DNA of 63,888 nucleotides, the filler included, from Chrysochromulina tobinii (lineage: Eukaryota): NCBI GenBank assembly GCA_001275005.1. It is 11 parts of 11 records of this genome, joined end to end, with 100 filler letters (N's around TTAATTAATTAA, not from the genome) between each part and the next. Parts side by side here need not be neighbours in the genome. Positions count along the whole stretch, not along the records: positions 51,523 to 57,872 come from JWZX01000667.1; positions 57,973 to 59,808 come from JWZX01000668.1; positions 59,909 to 62,041 come from JWZX01000671.1; positions 62,142 to 63,888 come from JWZX01000685.1; 7 more parts are not named here. One strand, 5' to 3'. Both the position numbers and the translations under genes were made by a program. This document shows positions 56,261 through 63,888 of this stretch, one piece after another; position 1 is the first letter of the stretch, and each line of letters starts with the position of its first letter. The notes below the pieces were generated by a model. The model was given only the letters and a program-made list of their open reading frames with translations. It had not been told where the DNA came from and did no database searches.

Positions 56261-57972
56261 TCTTTTTGCGGTAGCGCCGGTGAAGATGTGGTGACGAGTC
56301 GCCGCGCGCGCGCGCGCGCCGGCCACCGCTCACCTATAACAGTCTACCCTACCTGTTATACCAGCGCAGTGCTGTGCAATTGCTGTGGCTTTTCAGTATG
56401 CCACGCGCCCCGCGCCCGCGCCCGCCATCGACCATGAATATATACCCATACCGCGGCTCTGGACACGGCGAAAAATAAACAGCGTAGCCCGGCTCGTCCA
56501 CGCTCACAGGGCGGAACCCACGCGATCGGTCGAGATACGAGAAGGATGCACGCACGACGGAGGCACGCCGGCCGCGCACACTGTCAGAGAGAAAGTGAGG
56601 AAAGCGTCACTAACTATATGAATTCGCAACGACGCCGCCGGTGCGACGCGTATGAGACACTGTGAAGTAGGATGGGGTGCGAAGATTCATGAGATCGGCG
56701 CATTCTTTCTATCTCGGTATCCTATGACGGACCGGGGTAGGACCGATGCCGGAGGCCAGTAACCTATGAGGCTGACTGAGGTGGGGAGCCGGAATCGGGG
56801 GGTCTAGAAGGGACCCCGATGGCTTCACGTGTCACCCATGGTCCTAGAAGCCGCATAGGGGGCCTCGGAGGAGGTACGGCATGGTCCTGAATGGACAGAC
56901 ACGCGCGAGAAGACTGTGGAACGGCGGAAGCCGGGAGAGTGGGGGTCGTCTCAGGGGGGGGGAAGAAACAGATCCCATCCTCCTGGTGCGAGGAGAGGTG
57001 ACGGGAGAAGGAGGAGGAGAGGTGACGGAAGGAGGAGGTGGAGAGGTTGCCGGGGTTGGGCGGTGGGGAGAGGGAGACCGCAGGAGGCAGTTTGGGCTCG
57101 GAGCCGAGCCAGAGAGGCTGACGACTCTCAAGAACAGCGGCTGAGATGGAGGGTAAGAGGAGTGGTTGAACTCAGAACCGAGCCGGAGGGCTGACGATGG
57201 CGAAGAGGAGGGCCGCGGGAAGAAACCCGGGCGAGGCAAGTTGGAGGGCCGCAGGAGCGGCGGACTCCGGATCGAGCTTGATGTGGAGCCGCGGGAAGAG
57301 GTTGAGCTCCAGACCGAGCCGGGAAGGCTGAAGGTGCAGGAGCAGCCCAGAGAGGGGATGAGAAAGAAGAGAGAAGCTGCGGGCGGGAGCCCGAGCGGGT
57401 CAAGAAGGAGAGCCGCGGGAAGCGACAGATCTCCGTTCGAGCCTGGAGGCGAACGTCGGAAGGAGAGAAGAATGAGAAGCTCCACTGGAAGAGGGAGCGA
57501 AATCGAAAAGAAGCTGCAGCAGGCTGCAGCCTGGCTGCAGTCGCGACGGTGGGTTGAGGCGTCGGCGATGGGAGGGCATCTGGACGATGCTGGCCGAGAG
57601 GGCCGAGTCCGTCGAGTGACGGAGAGGGAAAGCCATTCGTTCGAAACGAAGTGGCTTAGGAGAGGGATGTGTGAACGCGCCTTGGTGGGCGCGCTTGTGT
57701 CTAGGAGTGGTCGGCACCGGATGGCGCCGTTGCAAATTGCATATAGTATGCTTCGGGCCGTAACCCCCCAAACACAGCTCCGCGAACGAAAAACCCGAAT
57801 GGAGCCTGTCCCGGCCCATGCTGGCTCGTCCCGGACCGTCCTGGCACGAATTTGGCGGCTGATCAGCTGCTCNNNNNNNNNNNNNNNNNNNNNNNNNNNN
57901 NNNNNNNNNNNNNNNNTTAATTAATTAANNNNNNNNNNNNNNNNNNNNNNNNNNNNNNNNNNNNNNNNNNNN

Positions 57973-58202
57973 ATCGCGGCCGCGAGCTGGTGCTCTGCTC
58001 GGCGAGCGGCACCGACGTGCGCGGCCTCCTCGTGGCCGAACTGGCCAAGGCCCTCGGGCAGCCCTTTTACGAGGTTGATGCGGCCGGCGGCGGCGAACAG
58101 CTCCGGGCCGGGCTCCTGGGCCGCTCGTTTGCAGTCGGCCAGGTCCGGCACGCCTTGGGCGCGCTGATCCGCGCGTGCGCGTGCGACGGCGTGCCCCCGT
58201 GA
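57973..58202 (+). CDS. C-terminal fragment of a DNMT3-like C5-cytosine DNA methyltransferase (motifs IX-X)
   Basis: RGLLVAELAKALGQP...LRAGLLGRSFAVGQVRHAL aligns by eye with the DNMT3 tail L...EMERVFGFP...RQRLLGRSWSVPVIRHL; 5'-truncated by the contig edge. Confidence 0.55.
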
Positions 58203-58482
58203 AGGGGGCAGGGGGAGGAGATTCGGGATCAACGTTATACAACGGGCGACGTATGAGTGAGAGCGTGAGTGCGTGCGTGCGTGAGTGAGAGAGAGCGTGA
58301 GCGAGTGAGGGAGTGAGCGAGTGTGCGAGTGAGTGAGTGACGCTTACTCACGGCCGCGTATCCTAGAGTGAAGAGTTGGCGAATCATATGCCACATGCGG
58401 CATATAAAACACACGCATCCATAGAAACTCCTGGTTGTCCCACTGCTCGAAACGACGCTTCGCAGAAATCGCCGAAACAAAA

Positions 58483-59606
58483 ATGGGAGACCGCGACAGG
58501 GCTGGCCCCTCCTCGAGCGGCGACGTCGATCTCGGCTTTCGGCACGAGGCCAACTCGGCGAAAGGCGGCTCAGTTGGGGGCTCGGCGTGCAGCGGAGCCA
58601 CGGGCGCGATTTCAGCCACGAAGCGCCTGCGCGGCGTGGACGGCGCCTTCCGCCCCACCACCTCCCCGGCGGACACAATCATCACCGAGAGCGCCTGCGT
58701 CGTCTGCTACACCGACCTCGAGCCTCGAGGCCGGGCCAGCTTCTGGGGCCAGAAGCCCTCCCGCATCGGGGAGACGTGGGTGCGCGCCTGCCGCCACGAG
58801 CTTTATTGCTGGGAATGCGCCAAGCGGAGCATGGCGACGTTGGCGGACGTGGCCGACACGCGCCTCAGGGGTCGGTGTCCGAGCTGCCGAGCCGAGGTGG
58901 TCTGGCTGCGGCGCGGCTTCGACGCCAGTGACCGCGGCCGCAAGCCGTGCGAGGAGGTTGCAGTCGCCGACCTGCGGGCTCGTCGAGCCGTGGAATTGGC
59001 CGCCGCGCTCGAAGTCGGCCGCGCCGACACGGAGCGCGAGCAGCTCGTGGCCGAGCAAGCGCAGGCGGACGCCGAGGCGGCGCTGGAGATGCACGAGGAC
59101 GAGGAAGAGCAGGTGGCGGAGGCGGAGCGCCGGGTAGAGGCGCGCGCCCTCCAGCGCGCGTGGGCCAGAGCAGAGGCCGAGGTGCTGGCGGCCGACGCGG
59201 TGCGGCGGCTCGAAGGCCTGGGCGCGCGCGTGGTCCGAGAGCTGCGCACGGACTGGCAGGTCTGGCTCCTCGCGTGCGCGTATGCGGGGCGCCTCGGAGC
59301 TCGGATGACCGCGGACGAGGCCAAGGCGCCGCCCAAGATGCGATGCGGGAGGGGACTCCCCTGCTGCATTGGGGGGGTGGGGCCCACGGCACGTTCCTCT
59401 ACGGATTGGCGCGCGAGTATGGGCGGGGGGCACGTCGTCGGGGCGGAGAGAGCTCGCGCTGCACGTGGATGGTCGGGCTCTTGGAGGCCAACGGGCTGCG
59501 CGAGACGGTGCAGTGGATCACGGGGGAGGACGCCTCCGACGAGCGGGCCACGGTCGAAGTGCTTCTCGGGGCGCGCCTTGTCGCGTGCAAATGCATAGCT
59601 GCATAG
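58483..59606 (+). CDS. RING-finger + coiled-coil protein; probable frameshift at the G-run near 59370
   Basis: CVVC...CRHELYCWEC...CPSCR (C3HC4-like). The plausible C-terminus continues in the frame of ORF 58947-59606. Confidence 0.6.
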
Positions 59607-59908
59607 ACACGTGCTGGGCTCGGGGAGCAGGGTGGGCATGTGGGAAAGGGGACGGTGACAAATTATCTTCTGCGCACCCATTTTACATCATGAATTGCTC
59701 GGCTGAGGCGTCACGAGGTTCTCACGGGGTTCAGCGTGGGGTTACTGCGTCGCTACTGGGTACCCCGATTCACGTTTCCCGCTTTGTGTGCGAACCAGAG
59801 TATTGTGTNNNNNNNNNNNNNNNNNNNNNNNNNNNNNNNNNNNNNNNNNNNNTTAATTAATTAANNNNNNNNNNNNNNNNNNNNNNNNNNNNNNNNNNNN
59901 NNNNNNNN

Positions 59909-62041
59909 GGTTGACAAACCGGCTCAAACCCTTGCGCAGCTTGCGCATGAACTCAGCGCGCTCAGCTGCCATCTCGCACCAAGCGCCAAAGCCGCGAGAC
60001 AGGCCGCGGTTCATCAGGTGGCTCAGACCACGCCGCAACGCCACCTTCTTGCGGGCGAGCTCCACCGCTCTCAGATACCAGGCCGACCAGCCAAGGGAGA
60101 GCTCCCGGTGGATCAAGTGCAGAAGAGCCGTCGACATTTGGCCAGCTTGCGCGGTACGGAGTTGCTTACGCTCGATAGCGTCAAGCCAAGATGAGAATGC
60201 GAGCGCTGCACGCCGGTTGATCATGAAGCCCAAGCCCTTGCGCAGTAGCCGGAGGAACTCAGCGCGCTCGATCACCATCTCAATCCACGCACCCCAGCCG
60301 CGCGACAGGCCGCGGTTGAGCATGTGACTCAGGCTCTTGCGCATCGACTCGCGCTTCGCCTTCATCACAGCCCACTTCTCGTACCACGCCAACCATCCGC
60401 GGGCGAGCTCGCGGTTGACAAAGTGCTGCAGCGCCTTCGACATCGGGTCGTCGCGAGGAGCGAACGCTGCGATCCAACGATCGAAACCGAGCGCCATCTT
60501 GCGGTTGACAAACCGGCTCAAACCCTTGCGCAGCTTGCGCATGAACTCAGCGCGCTCAGCTGCCATCTCGCACCAAGCGCCAAAGCCGCGGGACAGGCCG
60601 CGGTTCATCAGGTGGCTCAGACCACGCCGCAACGCCACCATCTTGCGGGCGAGCTCCACCGCTCTCAGATACCAGGCCGACCAACCAAGGGAGAGCTCCC
60701 GGTGGATCAAGTGCAGAAGAGCCGTCGACATATGGCCTGCACTTCGCTCGAAGTAGTGAAGGCGATGCACACGAGCGAACCAACCAGCGAAGCCGAGGGC
60801 AAGGCTGCGATTAACAAGCATGCTCAGGCCCTTTCGCAGCTTGCGAAGGAACTCGGATCGCTCAGCCGCCATCTCGGACCACGCTCCCCACCCGAGTGCT
60901 AGCTTGCGGTTCACCATCCTACTCACGCCCTTGCGCAGCTTCTGCAAAAACGCCTTGCGATCAACCGCCATCTCCGACCAAGGCATCCAGCCACGCGATA
61001 GCCCTCGGTTCATCATGTGCCGCAGCGCCTTCGACATCGGGTCGTCGCGAGGCGCGACTCCTTCACGCCAACCGTCGAAGCCGAGGGCCAGCTTACGGTT
61101 GACCATTCTGCTCAGGCCCTGGCGCAGCTTGCGAAGGAACTCGGATCGCTCAGCCGCCATCTCGGACCATGCTCCCCACCCGAGTGCTTGCTTGCGGTTC
61201 ACCATCCTGCTCGCGCCCTTGCGCAGCTTCTGCAAGAATGCCTTGCGCTCAACCGCCATTTCGGACCAAGCAGTCCAGCCACTTGACAGCTCGCGGTTCA
61301 TGAAGTGCCCGAGACTCTTGCGCATCGAGTCACGCTTTGCCTTCTGCTTGGCCCATGCCATATGCCAGGCCATCCAGCCCCGAGTGAGCCCAATATTAAT
61401 AATGTGAAGCAGCGCCTTCGGCATATGATCGTCGCGTGGAGCGAACGCTGCACGCCACCCGTCGAAGCCCAGCGCAACCTTACGGTTCACGAGTCTGCTC
61501 AGGCCGTTGCGCAGCTTCTGCAGAAACTCCGCACGCTCAACTGCCATCTCGATCCACGCACCCCAGCCGCGCGACAGGCCGCGGTTGAGCATGTGACTCA
61601 GGCTCTTGCGCATCGACTCGCGCTTCGCCTTCATCACAGCCCACTTCTCGTACCACGCCAACCATCCGCGGGCGAGCTCGCGGTTGACAAAGTGCTGCAG
61701 CGCCTTCGACATCGGGTCGTCGCGAGGAGCGAACGCTGCGATCCAACGATCGAAACCGAGCGCCATCTTGCGGTTGACAAACCGGCTCAAACCCTTGCGC
61801 AGCTTGCGCATGAACTCTGCGCGCTCAGCCGCCATCTCGCACCAAGCGCCAAAGCCGCGGGACAGGCCGCGGTTCATCAGGTGGCTCAGGCCACGCCGCA
61901 ACGCCACCTTCTTGCGGGCGAGCTCCACCGCTCTCAGATACCAGGCCGACCAGCCAAGGGAGAGCTCCCGGTGGATCAAGTGCAGAAGAGCCGTCGACAT
62001 ATGGCCTGCACTTCGCTCGAAGTAGTGAAGGCGATGCACAC
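59909..62041 (-). CDS. Internal part of a large Sfi1-like (centrin-binding) repeat protein
   Basis: About 22 repeats matching A-x7-xL-x3-F/W-x2-W (e.g. ALQHFVNRELARGWLAW, GLSRFVNRKMALGFDRW); open across the whole contig. Confidence 0.75.
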
Positions 62042-62141
62042 NNNNNNNNNNNNNNNNNNNNNNNNNNNNNNNNNNNNNNNNNNNNTTAATTAATTAANNN
62101 NNNNNNNNNNNNNNNNNNNNNNNNNNNNNNNNNNNNNNNNN

Positions 62142-63888
62142 GCACCCTCGTGAAGAGGCGTTCCCCCTCCTCCGCCGGGAAGAAGTAGGCCCCCTCGAGC
62201 CGGCCATAAATGCACGTCTTCCCAGGTGCCCATCGGCCGATGAAAGCCCCGAAATTCTCCAAAGGGACGACCCGTGCGCGAGGTTGGGCGCGACGCGACA
62301 ACCAACCTCGCACCGCCGCCTGGATGCAGACGATGGCAGGGAGGATGCGGGACAGCCACCGCCGATCGACCGGGGCTCGCGCCCGCGCAGCGATCATCGC
62401 CATATCCGCCGCATTGAAGGGTGCCGACATGTCGAGGTTGCGGACACGACCAGCACCCGGCATGGCCTGCAGAGAGGCAGGGGCTACCACGAAGGCCCGC
62501 CGAGCGACGGCCTCGGGGAAATGCTCGATGCCACCCTCGCGCGAGAGGAGGTCGGCCATCTCGTTGTCCTCCGACGACACCCACGCGAAGAGCAGGAGGC
62601 AGTTGTGCAGAATCTGCAACACGAAGAGGCGCTTGAGCAGCAGGTTGAGGCGCTCTGCCCTTGATCTGCCCTTGACGGCCGACTTCTGAAATGCCTGGTT
62701 GTCCATGTTGTAGCGGACGATCTTGCCCGCCCACGTCGGCCCTTGCGACTCGACGCTACAGATCATGGTGTCGCCCTCGAGGAAGTCGATCGGCTTCTTG
62801 GAGGCCGCAGTGCCGTACCGCCAGTAGTCGAATGGCCCCCAGCTCGAGCACCAACCGCCACCCGAGTAGCGCGAGGATCTTGACGCGTCCGAATACACCG
62901 TCGGTCCCTCTTGGAACCGATCTGAAGTGTAGTAGCCCTTGCCCAAGTTGGAGTCGAGGACGTCATAGAAGAAGCGGTAATCTTCTCGCTCCCTCCGAGT
63001 AGTCCGCCGCTTCTGCCACGCCAGGGAGAGGCCGACCATAAGCAAGAAGACGTTGGCGAGCAAGCAGCTGGCGCCCGGCGGCATGGTCTTCACGGCGCGC
63101 TCCATGTAGCCCGCGACGCGTTGCCGCTCGTTCAAGGTGAGGGACTTGCGCTTCGAGAAGATAAGGAGCACGTCGAGGTACTGGGCCAACTTGCGCTCCT
63201 CCAGTGCACGAGTGCCCTCGAACGAGTCCCACCAGAAGCCGATGAAGAGCTGCAGTTGCGACGCCACCTTGTCCTTGAAAGGCAGCCAAGGTTCTCGCAC
63301 CATGCCTGGAACTTCATCATCTCTATCGTGACCCTCTTGGCCTTCGCACCCGTGCCCCCGATGTCGTCGACATAGATCGAGGCCGGGATCGAGAGCTGCC
63401 CCGCCGCACGCGCCATGTTGGTGACGACATCGACGAAAAAGATCTTGAACACACCAGGCATGCCTCGCGTGCCGAAGACGCGTGTGATCGTCCGTAGGCC
63501 GCAACTTGTCCGGCTCGAGGGGCTTCGCCACTGCGCCCATCGGGAAGATGTACGCCGCGTCGAAGACGCGCCTCATCGCCGCCAACGTGGAGTCGACGAC
63601 CGCGCCAAAATGTAAAGTCTTGCCGATCGCCACGCGCGCCTCGGTGGCCGCCGTGACGCGCGGACGCGCAGCGTCAGAAACGCTGCTCTCATAGTTCTTG
63701 AAAAACCGATGGCCTCGAACTTGATCAGGATGGAGACCAATCTCGAAGCCCCATCGCAGCCCCTGCTGCACGAACTCGGCGTGCTGCCCCTGCACGAAGC
63801 CCAGTCTGACGGCCTCCCACATGTGAGCCACGAAAGGCTTCATGCGGATACTCACGCCCGGCAGGGCGCATGCCCCTTGGTCATACAC
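62142..63888 (-). mobile_element. DIRS/Ngaro-type retrotransposon pol (RT + RNase H), frameshifted
   Basis: FPMGAVAKP...RPTDDHTR; IYVDD in a shifted frame; LFIGFWWDS; DIRS-type RNase H motifs YSDAS..GGGW, IDFLEG, MDNQ and VSSEDNEMADLLSR. Confidence 0.85.

Noticed and set aside
56600..57872. Purine-rich region with Pro/Ser- and Arg/Gly-rich ORFs
   Set aside because: No recognisable domain or terminal structure. It is possibly retroelement-derived but I cannot support that.
13228..62141. Recurring TTAATTAATTAA motifs and ORFs ending in XXX-LIN
   Set aside because: These are artificial contig linkers. Adjacency across them has no biological meaning, so no cross-contig gene clusters were inferred.

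Overview
The window is not contiguous. It holds 11 contigs joined by ten artificial 100-nt spacers (N44-TTAATTAATTAA-N44). The DNA is GC-rich and eukaryotic, with GT-AG introns. A haptophyte (Chrysochromulina-like) alga is my inference, based on an EHAP1-like phosphatase, FkbM methyltransferases and the intron motifs. Recognisable genes: rhomboid protease, a secreted EHAP1/PhoX-like + PhoD double alkaline phosphatase, aspartoacylase, RPA1, a zeta(eta)-like tubulin, two CaMK-type kinases, a VTT-domain protein, GDT1/TMEM165, two FkbM methyltransferases, a GT-B glycosyltransferase, an IQ/Sfi1/PH protein, TRM6, ARL1, MazG, an F-box/RCC1 protein and an Sfi1-repeat protein. Mobile and repetitive DNA includes a hAT transposase, an LTR-type integrase fragment, a DIRS/Ngaro pol, a TA-flanked MITE family and a 4.2-kb polarity-switching satellite. 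The most striking signal is a family of four introns in three unrelated genes. They are built from 10-nt CTGATKRCNN tandem repeats and flanked by 13-23-nt duplications of exon sequence that supply one of the two splice sites, which suggests a TIR-less intron-generating insertion system. Other leads: a DNMT3-like methyltransferase tail next to a RING gene, and a MITE-bounded cassette carrying an FkbM gene. All family assignments come from motif recognition by eye; no searches were run.
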